Shown piece by piece: positions 49,727 through 59,822 of a stretch of 64,000 bases of DNA (the first letter of the stretch is position 1; each line of letters opens with the position of its first letter). Origin of the DNA: Candidatus Uhrbacteria bacterium (GTDB lineage Bacteria; Patescibacteriota; Patescibacteriia; JACPHY01); contig JACPHY010000001.1 in assembly GCA_016188355.1 (NCBI GenBank), positions 111,505 to 175,504 of the forward strand, in the 5' to 3' direction. The translations under genes and the position numbers were made by a program. Below the pieces are notes generated by a model that ran no database searches, had not been told where the DNA came from, and worked only from the letters and a program-made list of their open reading frames with translations.

Positions 49727-52129
49727 TTGGGCATCAGAAAGGAGGCGCGTATGTGGCAGATGGTGCGACGCATCTGCGCGTGGGGCATGTGGGCGTTGGT
49801 GGTGGTGTCCCTCGGAGCGAGTGGTGCGGTGATTGCGCTCTTCGCGTATGCGTGGCGGCAGCTCCCCGATTTGGATTCCATTCGTATCGATCGGCTCGCG
49901 CAGGATGTCGTGGTGCTAGATCAGCGCCATCAACGGATTGATGTGCTGAAGCAGGAAGAGGATGGAGTGCATCGGGTGGTTGTCCCATACGGGGCCATTC
50001 ACCCGCATCTCATCGATGCGGTCATTGCCACGGAGGATTCGCGGTTCTGGGAGCATGAGGGCATGGATTTCTACGGTGCGGTTCGTGCGGGCATGGCGAC
50101 GCTGCGGGATCCCGATCACGTGCAGGGGGGGTCTACGATTTCGCAGCAGATCCTGAAGCTCTCGGTGCTCCGCGGGGAACACCGCGTGATTCGAAAAGCG
50201 GAAGAAGCGCTCCTTGCGGGTGCGCTGGAAGCACGATTCACCAAGAAGCAACTTCTTGAGCTCTATCTGAACACCGTGGATCTGGGCGAGGGGAATGCCG
50301 GAGTCGAAGCGGCGGCGCGTGAGCTCTTCGGGAAATCGGCATCAACCTTGACCCTTGCGGAAGCCGCGTTGCTCGTCGGGAAGATACAGGCACCGGAACG
50401 ATTTTCGCCATTCTGTGCGTACCAACGCACGCGAGATCGACAGGCGCACGTGTTGCGCCGGTTATCCGCGGTGGGGAAAATACCGTCGGCGACCGAGCAG
50501 GCCGCATTGCGTGCACCCATCTCCTTCGCGCTGGCGGACGCGGTGCCCGATGCCATGGATGTGGCGGGCGCAGTGGACGTGGTGCTGCGCGAGCAGGCAC
50601 TGGTGCCCGGCGATCGCGTGGTGACGACCATTGATCTCGCCCTGCAGACGCACGCCGCACGTGCGCTCCGCGCATCACTGCAGGAGTATGCGATGCGGAG
50701 TGGGGAACATCGTGGTCCGCGGGCAGTGCTCCCGGAACGTGGGCGCGTGTGGCGGCAGTCCCTCGCGGCGTTTCGGGCCACGCTTCGATCGTGGGGAACC
50801 GCGCCAAAGGCGTTGCTCGTGCATGATTTCCGTGCGCTGTCCTGGCCGACCGCGGCTACGCATCCGGCGTGTGCATTTGGGACGACCATCATTCGGCGTG
50901 CCGCGGCGAACGCGGTCGTTACGGGTGTGGTGACTGCCGTGGATCGCAACCGTGCGGTGCTGGATTTGGGCGATCTCCGGGGAACGATCGCGGCGAAGTC
51001 GATTGCATGGACCGGAAAGCCGCTTTCCGGGGTTGCTCCCTTGGGCGCCGTGGTGGACGTGCAGTTGCCTGCGACGCTCCCGGTGACCTCGGGGGCGACC
51101 GTCGCGGTGACCTTGGTGCCGCGTCCATTCGTCGAGGGTGCCGTAGTGGCACTGGTTCCGGAAACCGGAGCATTGCGCGCGGTCGTGGGTGGCGCGGAGA
51201 TGCGTCGTGGCGATCAGAACCGGGCCCTCGATGCGCGACGTCCCATCGGGTCGACGGTGAAACCGTTTGTGATCGCATCAGGATTCGCATTGGGCCTCTT
51301 CCGCGGCAACGACGTGGTGGAAGATGTGCCGATCGAATATGTGAATCCGGAGGATACCCGTCAACGGTGGACACCGCGCAACTGGTATCGCACCTACAAG
51401 GGCTCCATGCTGCTCACCGATGCAATGGCACAGTCGGTGAATGCGGTTGCGCATGCGACGACGTTGATGGTGGGCATTGATCGTGTCGCGCTCCTCGTGG
51501 AGGAGTTGTGTCCGGGTGATCCGATGCAGCGACTGCCCGCCTCCGGACTCGGCACATTCGATCGGTCCCCCATGGAACTGGCAACGGCGTTTGCGGCATT
51601 CGCACACGAAGGCCGCGTGCCGACGTGGCGTGTAGTGCAGCAGGTGCAGCGATCGGACAGTGACCTGCATCCACCCGCTACGGCAACGGCCGTGCTCGAT
51701 CCTCGCTTCGCGCGGACCATGGACGCGCTGCTTGCGCAGCCGGTGATGCATCCCGCGGGGACTGCGCATCGACTCGCACGACTGGGTCTCGGTATTCGAG
51801 GGAAGACCGGGACAACGAATGATGCGAAAGATGTGTGGTTCGTGGGATATCATCCGGAGCTGCTCGTCGCGGTATGGGTGGGATACGATGAGCCGAAATC
51901 ACTGCAGCATCGACGTGGCGGGGAGAGTGGCGCATCGCTCGCGGTACCGGTTGCGGAGGCGGTGTTCACGGCAGCTGCCGCGTGGGGATGGATACGGCCG
52001 GTGCCCATTCCTGATCTGGTCGTGGCCGAGTCTCCGCCGTTTGGTGTGGACGCGAGCGCGCGGCTGCGAGCGGCATTTGTACTTCGAGAACAGCGGTACG
52101 CGTATGGTGCTGCCGCGGAGGGAGAATAA
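49727..52129 (+). CDS. Class A penicillin-binding protein 1A (glycosyltransferase GT51 + transpeptidase)
   Basis: GT51 motif IATEDSRFWEHEGMD, and transpeptidase SxxK (GSTVKPF) and KTG (RGKTGTTND) motifs, with an N-terminal TM helix. Confidence 0.9.
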   Translation: MGIRKEARMWQMVRRICAWGMWALVVVSLGASGAVIALFAYAWRQLPDLDSIRIDRLAQDVVVLDQRHQRIDVLKQEEDGVHRVVVPYGAIHPHLIDAVIATEDSRFWEHEGMDFYGAVRAGMATLRDPDHVQGGSTISQQILKLSVLRGEHRVIRKAEEALLAGALEARFTKKQLLELYLNTVDLGEGNAGVEAAARELFGKSASTLTLAEAALLVGKIQAPERFSPFCAYQRTRDRQAHVLRRLSAVGKIPSATEQAALRAPISFALADAVPDAMDVAGAVDVVLREQALVPGDRVVTTIDLALQTHAARALRASLQEYAMRSGEHRGPRAVLPERGRVWRQSLAAFRATLRSWGTAPKALLVHDFRALSWPTAATHPACAFGTTIIRRAAANAVVTGVVTAVDRNRAVLDLGDLRGTIAAKSIAWTGKPLSGVAPLGAVVDVQLPATLPVTSGATVAVTLVPRPFVEGAVVALVPETGALRAVVGGAEMRRGDQNRALDARRPIGSTVKPFVIASGFALGLFRGNDVVEDVPIEYVNPEDTRQRWTPRNWYRTYKGSMLLTDAMAQSVNAVAHATTLMVGIDRVALLVEELCPGDPMQRLPASGLGTFDRSPMELATAFAAFAHEGRVPTWRVVQQVQRSDSDLHPPATATAVLDPRFARTMDALLAQPVMHPAGTAHRLARLGLGIRGKTGTTNDAKDVWFVGYHPELLVAVWVGYDEPKSLQHRRGGESGASLAVPVAEAVFTAAAAWGWIRPVPIPDLVVAESPPFGVDASARLRAAFVLREQRYAYGAAAEGE

Positions 52130-52130
52130 G

Positions 52131-52829
52131 ATGCGCATGCGATACGGAAACGTGGTGGGGATCATCGGTCTCGTCGTCGGGAGCCTCGGCGGCGGTGCGA
52201 TCATCGTGCAGCCGTGGTTATGGAAGGTCACCGGAAGGCCAGCGGCGGTGCCGAATGCCACCATGGAGTCTCCTGCGCCAGCTGAAGGCTGCGCGATTCC
52301 CGCGGTGGTCATCGAGCGATTCCCGGAATTTCTCCGCGAATATCGACGCACGGGACGCGGCGACCCGAAGAGATTCGGGCGGCGTATGTACGCGTGCGCG
52401 GTCGAGCGGAGTCGCGAGACGCCGTACGTGACGATGCTGCGAGACGCCGCGAAGACGAACGACAGCATCGCGCGCCTGGCGCTCGATGGCATCGCGCGGG
52501 CTACGTGCGATGCGCACGCGGCACTCGGCGGCGTGACGACCGCACATGCATCAGACGCATGCGTGCACGTCGTGAGCTTCATTGGTTCGGGGCAGGTGAC
52601 GGATGTACAGGAACGAGAACGTGCGGTTCGCGTGGCGAGTCGTGCATCGGTGCTGCGCGCGGGGCTATCGCTGCCACAGTTCATCGTGGGGGAGTTCTGT
52701 TCCGATCTCGCCGCACTCGCGCCGCGCACGCGCGATCGGTTGCTCGCCAGATATCCGGACTTGGACGTACTCCGTACGGACTACTGCGGCACCTCGACGG
52801 CAGTGTTGCTCCCCCATTCGGGAGAATAA
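52131..52829 (+). CDS. Hypothetical protein with an N-terminal TM helix
   Basis: 232-aa ORF starting 2 nt after the PBP1A stop. No motif recognised. Confidence 0.4.
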   Translation: MRMRYGNVVGIIGLVVGSLGGGAIIVQPWLWKVTGRPAAVPNATMESPAPAEGCAIPAVVIERFPEFLREYRRTGRGDPKRFGRRMYACAVERSRETPYVTMLRDAAKTNDSIARLALDGIARATCDAHAALGGVTTAHASDACVHVVSFIGSGQVTDVQERERAVRVASRASVLRAGLSLPQFIVGEFCSDLAALAPRTRDRLLARYPDLDVLRTDYCGTSTAVLLPHSGE

Positions 52830-52934
52830 GAGCAGCGCACGCGGCATGGCACAACGCCATGCCGCGTATTCATTCGCAAAAAAACGTGATACAACATTTT
52901 TATCCTTCTGCGTACCGATGCCTTTTCCTACGAT

Positions 52935-53945
52935 TTGCCACCTGGGGTGATCGCGGAGCCTCCCGCGCGCCGGGATCGTTCGCGGTTACTCGTGCTGGAT
53001 CGCGATTCGGGTCGTATGTCCGATCGCGGTATTCGTGATCTCCCGGAGCTTTTGCGGCCGGGTGATGGTGTCGTGCTCAATGATACGAAAGTGTTCCGCG
53101 CGCGCCTCGCGGCAACCGTGGACGGCAAAGCGGTGGAGCTCCTCCTCATTCGACCGGATGGGGATGCATGGATCGTGCTCGCACGTCCCGGCCGTCGGCT
53201 TCGTCCTGGGTGCGTGGTGCTGGTGGGTGCGTTGCGCGGCACGGTGTGCGCCGTGGTTGCGGATGGATCGTATCGCATCGCATTTGATCGGCCGCCGGAA
53301 CGGGTGATCGCCTACGCGAATCGGGTGGGGAGCATTCCGACCCCGCCGTATATTCAGGGATCGGTGCACCGGATCGCGGAATATCAAACGGCCTATGCGC
53401 GCCACGTGGGTTCTGTTGCGGCGCCCACGGCCGGATTCCATCTGACCCCGCGCCTGCTCCGTGCGTTGCGCGCGCGCGGCATCCATGTGGTTCGGGTGAC
53501 GCTGCATGTGGGTATTGGCACCTTCCAGCCCATCCGCGCGGAACGCCTCGAAGCGCACACGATGCACGCGGAGTGGGTCGCCATCACGCCGCGAGCGGCG
53601 GCTCGCATTCGCGCCATTCAACATGCGGGTGGTCGGGTGGTGGCCATCGGCACGACGACGCTCCGCGCGCTCGAGGGCGTCGCGCAACAACAGGATGCGC
53701 CACTCCAGCCATATACCGGTTTGGTGCGCCTCTTCATCACCCCGGGATTTCGTTTCCGGATCGTCGATGTGCTGCTCACGAATTTTCATCTTCCCCGCTC
53801 TACGTTGCTCGTTCTCGTTTCCGCATTTGCTGCGCCGGGCCGTCGCGGATATCGCGGCCGCGATTTCGTGCTCCGCGCGTACCGTGCCGCGATCCGGAAG
53901 GGATATCGATTTTATTCATTCGGAGACGCGATGTTGCTGCGGTAG
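52935..53945 (+). CDS. queA: S-adenosylmethionine:tRNA ribosyltransferase-isomerase
   Basis: N-terminal RDRSRLLVLDR, central PPYIQ...YQTAYAR..GSVAAPTAGFHLT, and C-terminal FHLPRSTLL patterns typical of QueA. Confidence 0.85.
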   Translation: MPPGVIAEPPARRDRSRLLVLDRDSGRMSDRGIRDLPELLRPGDGVVLNDTKVFRARLAATVDGKAVELLLIRPDGDAWIVLARPGRRLRPGCVVLVGALRGTVCAVVADGSYRIAFDRPPERVIAYANRVGSIPTPPYIQGSVHRIAEYQTAYARHVGSVAAPTAGFHLTPRLLRALRARGIHVVRVTLHVGIGTFQPIRAERLEAHTMHAEWVAITPRAAARIRAIQHAGGRVVAIGTTTLRALEGVAQQQDAPLQPYTGLVRLFITPGFRFRIVDVLLTNFHLPRSTLLVLVSAFAAPGRRGYRGRDFVLRAYRAAIRKGYRFYSFGDAMLLR

Positions 53946-53998
53946 CGTCCGATCGTGCTCGATGCGCCGTGGTATAGTGGATCTCTTGCGTCCACGAT

Positions 53999-55261
53999 AT
54001 GCGATCCGCATCTCGGACCTTGTTTCGATTCCTGCCGCTGTGGGTGTTCGTTTTCATATTCAAAATTGGTGCGGGCATGCACTACGCGCTATTCACGCCA
54101 CTCGCGGAGCGTGTGCTCCCGTTGCCGATCGTGGGCGTGCTCGTCGCAGGTGCTGCGTTGGGCCAGCTCCTGCTCGATGTTCCTGCCGGATTGTTGTTGG
54201 ATCGATACGGATACGTCCGCTTGCTGCGGTATACGACCATCTGTTTTTTGCTGGCCGGCATAGTTTTCGGTTTCGGCCTCTCCCCATGGGTGCTCGTGGT
54301 GTCCTTGGTGATTTCTATCGGGGGTTGGTTATTTTTTGACCCCGGGATTGCCGCATACCTGCTCACGCATACCCCGGCCGGTATTGCTGGTCGGGTCATG
54401 TCCTTCCGCGATGTGGTGGAGGCGGGGGGTTTGCTCTGTTCTGTAGTGGCGCTGGCCTGGCTGCTGGCACTGCCGCTTCCTATCCTTGGCGCGCTGCTCG
54501 CGTTGCTCTTTTCCATTGCGCTGGTGGCGCTCGGTTTTTTGCCAAAAGAAACACGTCCCGTACCTGCGGGGAGTGCCCTATCTACACGGCATTACTTCAT
54601 CCGTCGGCGTTTCGTGGTGGCACATCTCCGCTCGGTGCTCCGTCGATTCAATCCCGCGAGTACCATGCTCCTGGTGAGTGGATTTAGTTCGACCGTTTTT
54701 TACGGCATATTGTGGTTCGTGGTGCCGCTCATGGTCGCGCGCGGTACCCAATCGGGTATTCCCAGTGCGGGGTTGGCGGTATTTGATATTGCCGTGATCG
54801 TTTCCGGATTTTTCTTGGGTCGTCTCGCGGATCGATGGAATCGGGGGCTGCTCGTTCTGGTGGGTTTGTTCATCTTCGCGGTCGCGGGGACGATGTTGGG
54901 TTTTTCGTTAGGCGTTTGGTTCCTCCTGCTTGGGTTTTTGACGACCGCGGGAGAGGAGATGGCGAGTGTGGCGCTCTGGGCGTGGCTCCATCAACTCGAT
55001 CGCGATCATACGGAAGATGCGTTCGTTGCGGGGACGGTCATCATGATTCGGGACATGGGATGGATGGTGGGTCCGTTGCTTGCCGGATTTCTCTTTGGGG
55101 CGGTGGGGCCCGAATGGACGATTGCAGTGGGTGCCTGCTTTGTTTTTGTTGCGTGGGGTGTCGCGGTGGGGAAATTGGGTACGCATCATTTCCGCGCATT
55201 GTTGCGCCAGCCGCTCGCCGCGATACCCACATATCCGCATCGACGACGACATAAGGGATAA
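53999..55261 (+). CDS. MFS-family transporter
   Basis: 12 predicted TM helices with the MFS-like loop LLDRYGYVRLL after TM2. Confidence 0.75.
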   Translation: MRSASRTLFRFLPLWVFVFIFKIGAGMHYALFTPLAERVLPLPIVGVLVAGAALGQLLLDVPAGLLLDRYGYVRLLRYTTICFLLAGIVFGFGLSPWVLVVSLVISIGGWLFFDPGIAAYLLTHTPAGIAGRVMSFRDVVEAGGLLCSVVALAWLLALPLPILGALLALLFSIALVALGFLPKETRPVPAGSALSTRHYFIRRRFVVAHLRSVLRRFNPASTMLLVSGFSSTVFYGILWFVVPLMVARGTQSGIPSAGLAVFDIAVIVSGFFLGRLADRWNRGLLVLVGLFIFAVAGTMLGFSLGVWFLLLGFLTTAGEEMASVALWAWLHQLDRDHTEDAFVAGTVIMIRDMGWMVGPLLAGFLFGAVGPEWTIAVGACFVFVAWGVAVGKLGTHHFRALLRQPLAAIPTYPHRRRHKG

Positions 55262-55354
55262 GCGGGTGCGTAACGGGACCACCCCCCTGCCGAGATGGCG
55301 GAGGGGGTGGTGTTTTGGATATCCACAGCGTTGTCCTTGACCTGCTGCTGGAAT

Positions 55355-55369
55355 GTTCGGTTTTTGTTC
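55355..55369 (+). promoter_or_regulatory. GTTC-N7-GTTC direct repeat (GTTCGGTTTTTGTTC) about 45 nt upstream of the lexA start. Candidate LexA operator.
   Basis: Read directly from the sequence. It matches the direct-repeat LexA box architecture known from Alphaproteobacteria (GTTC-N7-GTTC) rather than the palindromic CGAAC-N4-GTTCG box. Confidence 0.45.
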
Positions 55370-55412
55370 GGTACTCTGGAAGAGGGATCAATGCAGCGGC
55401 GGGATGATTGTT

Positions 55413-56018
55413 ATGGCACTGACCAAACGACAGCATCAGGTACTCGCATTTATCATCAATTACGTTCGCGAGCACGAGTACGCGCCTTCCATTCGAGAAA
55501 TTGCGCAGGGATTGGGCGTGGCGTCGCCGGCGACCGTTCATGAGCACTTGGAATCATTGCGGCAGAGCGGATATCTCGCAGGATCGGGATCGCGTGCGTG
55601 TCTGCCCACTCGAGCGACATTGGGCATCGGCAAGGCATTCGAGTTGCCGCTCCTGGGGACCATTGCTGCGGGCGCACCCATCGAAGCCGTCGAAACCCGC
55701 GAAGCGATCGCGGTACCCGCAGACTTCGTGGTGGACGGTATGAATTCCTATGTGCTCCGCGTCCGCGGCGATTCCATGATTGAGGAGGGTATTTTTGATG
55801 GTGATTACGTGGTGGTAGAACGGAACCCATCACCGAAGAACGGGGAGGTGGTGGTTGCGCTCCTCGACAACGCATTTGCCACATTGAAAAAGTTTTACCG
55901 CGAGCGCGGTCGCATCCGTCTCCAACCCGCGAATGCCACGATGCGTCCTATCTTTGTTCGTGACTGCATTGTGCAGGGAGTCGTACGCGCCGTGATCCGA
56001 AAATACGCAGCCGCATAG
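55413..56018 (+). CDS. lexA: LexA repressor (SOS regulator, S24 peptidase)
   Basis: N-terminal winged HTH (LTKRQHQVLAFIINYVREHEYAPSIREIAQGLGV), Ala-Gly cleavage site (IAAGAP), and catalytic Ser/Lys (RVRGDSM, ATLKKF). Confidence 0.85.
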   Translation: MALTKRQHQVLAFIINYVREHEYAPSIREIAQGLGVASPATVHEHLESLRQSGYLAGSGSRACLPTRATLGIGKAFELPLLGTIAAGAPIEAVETREAIAVPADFVVDGMNSYVLRVRGDSMIEEGIFDGDYVVVERNPSPKNGEVVVALLDNAFATLKKFYRERGRIRLQPANATMRPIFVRDCIVQGVVRAVIRKYAAA

Positions 56019-56026
56019 GGGGTACG

Positions 56027-56284
56027 ATGCCCCCACTCCCCTGTATGCCTCCTCGATATGATGAACCCGTAGAAGTGCTCGCGCTCTTCACGCATGCCGG
56101 TATTCGTCCCTATCGCATGAAATGGGGAAGTCGCGAGTATGGCCCCTTGCAGGTCCATCTCTCGCACACGGTGCGCAATGGCCAGCGGCAATGGCATGTG
56201 TTCTCCGTCTCTGATCCCGCAAACGTTTTCACCATCGCCTTCGACCCCCTCGCGCTGCGTTGGCAGCTCTGGGATCAGCGATGA
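56027..56284 (+). CDS. Small hypothetical protein encoded between lexA and the exonuclease/recQ genes
   Basis: 85-aa ORF starting 9 nt after lexA and overlapping the next gene as ATGA. No motif recognised. Confidence 0.4.
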   Translation: MPPLPCMPPRYDEPVEVLALFTHAGIRPYRMKWGSREYGPLQVHLSHTVRNGQRQWHVFSVSDPANVFTIAFDPLALRWQLWDQR

Positions 56285-57012
56285 ATATGCACACGCTCAT
56301 CTTCGACATTGAAACGGTCGGCGAGGATTTTGATGCGATGGATGCGACCACACAGGAGGTGATGACGAAGTGGGTGCGGGAGAGTGTTCGGGATGAGGAG
56401 GAGTACACGCAAGAGTTGGCGCGACTGAAGGGACGCCTCGGATTCTCGCCGTTTACAGGTACGATTGTGGCCATCGGCACGCTCGATGCAGATTCTGGGA
56501 AGGGTGGGGTTTATTTTCAAGCACCGGAGAAAGAACCGGAGGTGTTCGAGGAGGATAGTGTGAAATTCGAGCCAATGGACGAACGTCGCATGCTGGAGAA
56601 ATTTTGGGAGGTGGCACAGTACGCACGGGTGTTGGTGGGATTCAATAGTCGCGGATTTGATGCGCCATTTTTGATCATGCGTTCTGCGGTGCACCGTATC
56701 ACGCCGACGGTTCCGCTTATGGCGGGGCGCTATCTCTACCAACAGCGTGGAGTGAAGCATGTGGACCTCATGGATCAACTGCAGTTTTATGGCTCCGTGT
56801 GGAAGCGTCCGAATCTCCATCTCGTCACCCGTGCCTTTGGCATCGAGAGCCCCAAAGCTGATGGGGTGACGGGTGATGATGTTGCGCCATTATTTCAGTC
56901 GGGTGACTACGAGACGATTGCACGATACAATCTCCGTGACCTCCGCGCGACGCGCGAGCTTTACCGTGTCTGGCAGTCGTGCATTCATCCGGCGACGGGG
57001 GAACCGTACTGA
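56281..57012 (+). CDS. RNase H-like 3'-5' exonuclease related to the PolB exonuclease domain (YprB/PF13482-like), paralog 2, immediately upstream of recQ
   Basis: Exo I FDIET, Exo II FNSRGFDAPFL and Exo III YNLRDLRAT motifs. Collinear with 5998..6666. Confidence 0.7.
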   Translation: MNMHTLIFDIETVGEDFDAMDATTQEVMTKWVRESVRDEEEYTQELARLKGRLGFSPFTGTIVAIGTLDADSGKGGVYFQAPEKEPEVFEEDSVKFEPMDERRMLEKFWEVAQYARVLVGFNSRGFDAPFLIMRSAVHRITPTVPLMAGRYLYQQRGVKHVDLMDQLQFYGSVWKRPNLHLVTRAFGIESPKADGVTGDDVAPLFQSGDYETIARYNLRDLRATRELYRVWQSCIHPATGEPY

Positions 57013-57013
57013 T

Positions 57014-59230
57014 ATGCAGGGATCGCGTGCATTGCGCGATGCGCGTGCAGTGCTCAAGGAGGTGTTTGGATACGCCAAGTTTCGTCCATATCAGGGCGAA
57101 GCCGTTGCTCGCGTGTGCGAGGGGAAGTCGGTGCTCGTGGTGCTCCCGACCGGGGGTGGAAAATCGCTCGTGTACCAGGTACCGGCACTCGTACGGGAGG
57201 GGTGCGCACTCGTGTTTTCTCCGCTCATTTCCCTCATGCGTGATCAGGTGGATCAGCTGCGCGCGGCTGGCGTTCGTGCGGCGTACTACAATTCCACGCT
57301 GACGAGTGCGGAACGAGCAGCGGTGTATGCGCAGGCACTTCGGGGGGAGCTCGATCTCCTCTACATTGCACCGGAGGGATTTTTTACGGATCAATTTCAG
57401 GAAGTGTTGGGGCAGCTCCGCATCGCGCTCGTTGCCGTGGATGAAGCGCATTGCATTTCGGAATGGGGGCATGAGTTCCGTCCGGAGTATCGTCAGCTCC
57501 GTTCGCTCCGTGCGCGCTTCCCGGACGTGCCGATCGTTGCGTGTACTGCAACGGCAACGGCGCCCGTGCGTGCGGATATCGTGCAGCAGTTGGGCGTTCC
57601 CGACATGGAGGTGTTCGTGGGGAGCTTTGAGCGGGAAAATCTCACGCTCCAGATTGTGACGAAGCAAGACGTGGTGGCGCAGGTCGCCGAAATGCTCACC
57701 TGTCACCGTGACGAATCCGCGATTGTGTATGCGGCAACGCGGAAGGCAGTGGAACATCTTGCCGAAGCACTGCAGGAAAAAGGGTTTTCGGCATTGCCGT
57801 ATCACGCCGGCATGGATGCGGTCACCCGCGACGCGCACCAGCGTGCGTTCGCGAACGATGAGGTGCTCTGCATGGTGGCGACGGTTGCGTTCGGTATGGG
57901 GATTGATAAGTCCAATGTGCGCACCGTGATCCATGCGAATTTGCCGAAATCAATCGAAGGGTACTACCAAGAGGTGGGACGCGCGGGGCGTGATGGACTG
58001 CCGTCGACTTGTATTGCATTTGTGTCCAATGGCGACATTGCGACGCAGCAGTATCTCATTGACCAGGCAGAGAGCGTAGATGAGCGCGCGCGGGCGCAGC
58101 AGCAGCTCGCACATGTAGTCCGGTTCGTGCGGAATCTCGAATGTCGTCACGCGGCGATTTTACGGTACTTCGGGGAGGAGCGGGGTGATTGGACGTGTGG
58201 CAATCGATGCGATGCGTGTTGCACGGACCAGATTACGGAACGCGACATGACGGAGGAGGTGCAGAAGGTGTTGTCTGCGGTTGCACGGATCGAGCGCACG
58301 GGATTTCCGGTGGGTGTGGGCAAGCTCACGCAGGTGCTCGCGGGTTCCGCCGCGCAGGAGGTGGAGCGATTTCAGCATCTCTCCACGTTTGGTGTGCTCC
58401 AGGGGAAAACGAAGTCTGCCATTCGCGAGATGATCGGCGTGAGTATTGATCGCGGTTTCCTGCAGCAGGAGACCGGAACGTACCCCGTCCTTCGCCTCGG
58501 CGCAGGAGCACCGGCGGTACTTCGCGGCGAAACGCGTGTGGTGGTCCGTGTGCGGCACACGCCGGAGGCGGCATCCGGAGCGGAGGCGGCGCAGGACGCG
58601 GCGCTTTTCGACCTCCTGCGCCATTGGCGCGCCGCGGAAGCGAAGCGGAGCAGTGTGCCGCCCTATGTGATTTGCTCGGATGCGGTGCTTCGTGCGCTCG
58701 CGACGTACCTGCCGCTCACCCGAGAGGATCTCCTCCGCATTCCTGGAATTGGTGCCGTGCGTGCGGAGCGATTCGGATCCGCCGTACTCGACGTGCTCCA
58801 ACAGTACGTGCGTGAGCATGGCCTCTCCTCGCGGATGCCGCCCACTGCATCGGTGATGACGAGTTCCAAGACGCGATCGCATGTGTCCCGTAGCGCCGCG
58901 CGTGGCAGCGATACCGTCGCCGCGACCATCGCGCTCCACCAGGAAGGGAAGTCCGTCGCCGAGATTGCATCGCATCGCGCATTGAATCCGCGCACCATCG
59001 TGACCCACCTCGCCGAGGGATTCCGTGATGGCCGTATTGCGAGCGATGATCTGCGTCGGTTCGTTCCCCAAGATCGCGAGCACGTCATTCGCGACGCCTT
59101 CGATCGCGTCGGCTCTTCCGTGGCACTGAATCCCGTGAAGCAGCTCCTCCCGATCGATTATTCGTACGACGATCTCCACTTCGTGCGGGCAGTCATGGAA
59201 CGAGAACGGGATGGGGGCGGTCACCAATGA
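57014..59230 (+). CDS. recQ: ATP-dependent DNA helicase RecQ (with RQC and HRDC regions)
   Basis: Walker A PTGGGKSL, DEAH box VDEAHCISEWGHEFR, helicase C motifs, Zn-binding Cys cluster (CGNRCDACC), and a C-terminal HRDC-like domain. Starts 2 nt after the exonuclease stop. Confidence 0.92.
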   Translation: MQGSRALRDARAVLKEVFGYAKFRPYQGEAVARVCEGKSVLVVLPTGGGKSLVYQVPALVREGCALVFSPLISLMRDQVDQLRAAGVRAAYYNSTLTSAERAAVYAQALRGELDLLYIAPEGFFTDQFQEVLGQLRIALVAVDEAHCISEWGHEFRPEYRQLRSLRARFPDVPIVACTATATAPVRADIVQQLGVPDMEVFVGSFERENLTLQIVTKQDVVAQVAEMLTCHRDESAIVYAATRKAVEHLAEALQEKGFSALPYHAGMDAVTRDAHQRAFANDEVLCMVATVAFGMGIDKSNVRTVIHANLPKSIEGYYQEVGRAGRDGLPSTCIAFVSNGDIATQQYLIDQAESVDERARAQQQLAHVVRFVRNLECRHAAILRYFGEERGDWTCGNRCDACCTDQITERDMTEEVQKVLSAVARIERTGFPVGVGKLTQVLAGSAAQEVERFQHLSTFGVLQGKTKSAIREMIGVSIDRGFLQQETGTYPVLRLGAGAPAVLRGETRVVVRVRHTPEAASGAEAAQDAALFDLLRHWRAAEAKRSSVPPYVICSDAVLRALATYLPLTREDLLRIPGIGAVRAERFGSAVLDVLQQYVREHGLSSRMPPTASVMTSSKTRSHVSRSAARGSDTVAATIALHQEGKSVAEIASHRALNPRTIVTHLAEGFRDGRIASDDLRRFVPQDREHVIRDAFDRVGSSVALNPVKQLLPIDYSYDDLHFVRAVMERERDGGGHQ

Positions 59231-59266
59231 AATCACCGTCCCGCGGTGAGCGGGACGGTGTGAGAT

Positions 59267-59671
59267 CTACGGGCGGCGCTGTGCACGGACCGGCAGCTCC
59301 ATGACGCGCTGTGGCGCAATAAGCCTCCGGACGAACGTGAATGTGTGAGTATCTTCGGAACGTTCTTCCTCGAACGAGGTGCCGATGAGGTGTGCGAATA
59401 GGGTCACCAGCTGTCGGCGCTCGCGACGAGATAGGTGTCCCAGAAATCGCATGACCGGTTCTGGTGTGCCGCACCAGGGAGTGGCACAGGTGAAGGAGAC
59501 GGTTGTGTCGTCGTCCGTATCGAGTCGGAGAATCGTGCACGGATTCCGCGTCCCGCAGGTGCTGTCCGCGACGGCATCAAGATGGAATGTGATGCGCTTG
59601 ACGTTGTAGATGTAACCGATGTCAGGGAGCGGAGAATCTCCTGCGTGCGTGTGTGTGGTTTTTGGTGCCAC
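59267..59671 (-). CDS. Hypothetical protein
   Basis: 134-aa ORF convergent with recQ. No motif. Weak. Confidence 0.3.
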   Translation of the reverse strand: MAPKTTHTHAGDSPLPDIGYIYNVKRITFHLDAVADSTCGTRNPCTILRLDTDDDTTVSFTCATPWCGTPEPVMRFLGHLSRRERRQLVTLFAHLIGTSFEEERSEDTHTFTFVRRLIAPQRVMELPVRAQRRP

Positions 59672-59822
59672 GGGCGCTCCTTTCCCAAATGCGAGACCCA
59701 GTGTCCCGCATGGACTGCGCCCACCCTGTCATGGATGCAGCGGCACGTCAAGGACCATCGCCGGCGGATGTGGTAACGGAAACGAAATGCCGCCCGCGGG
59801 AGCGAGCGGCTTGGACATCTGG

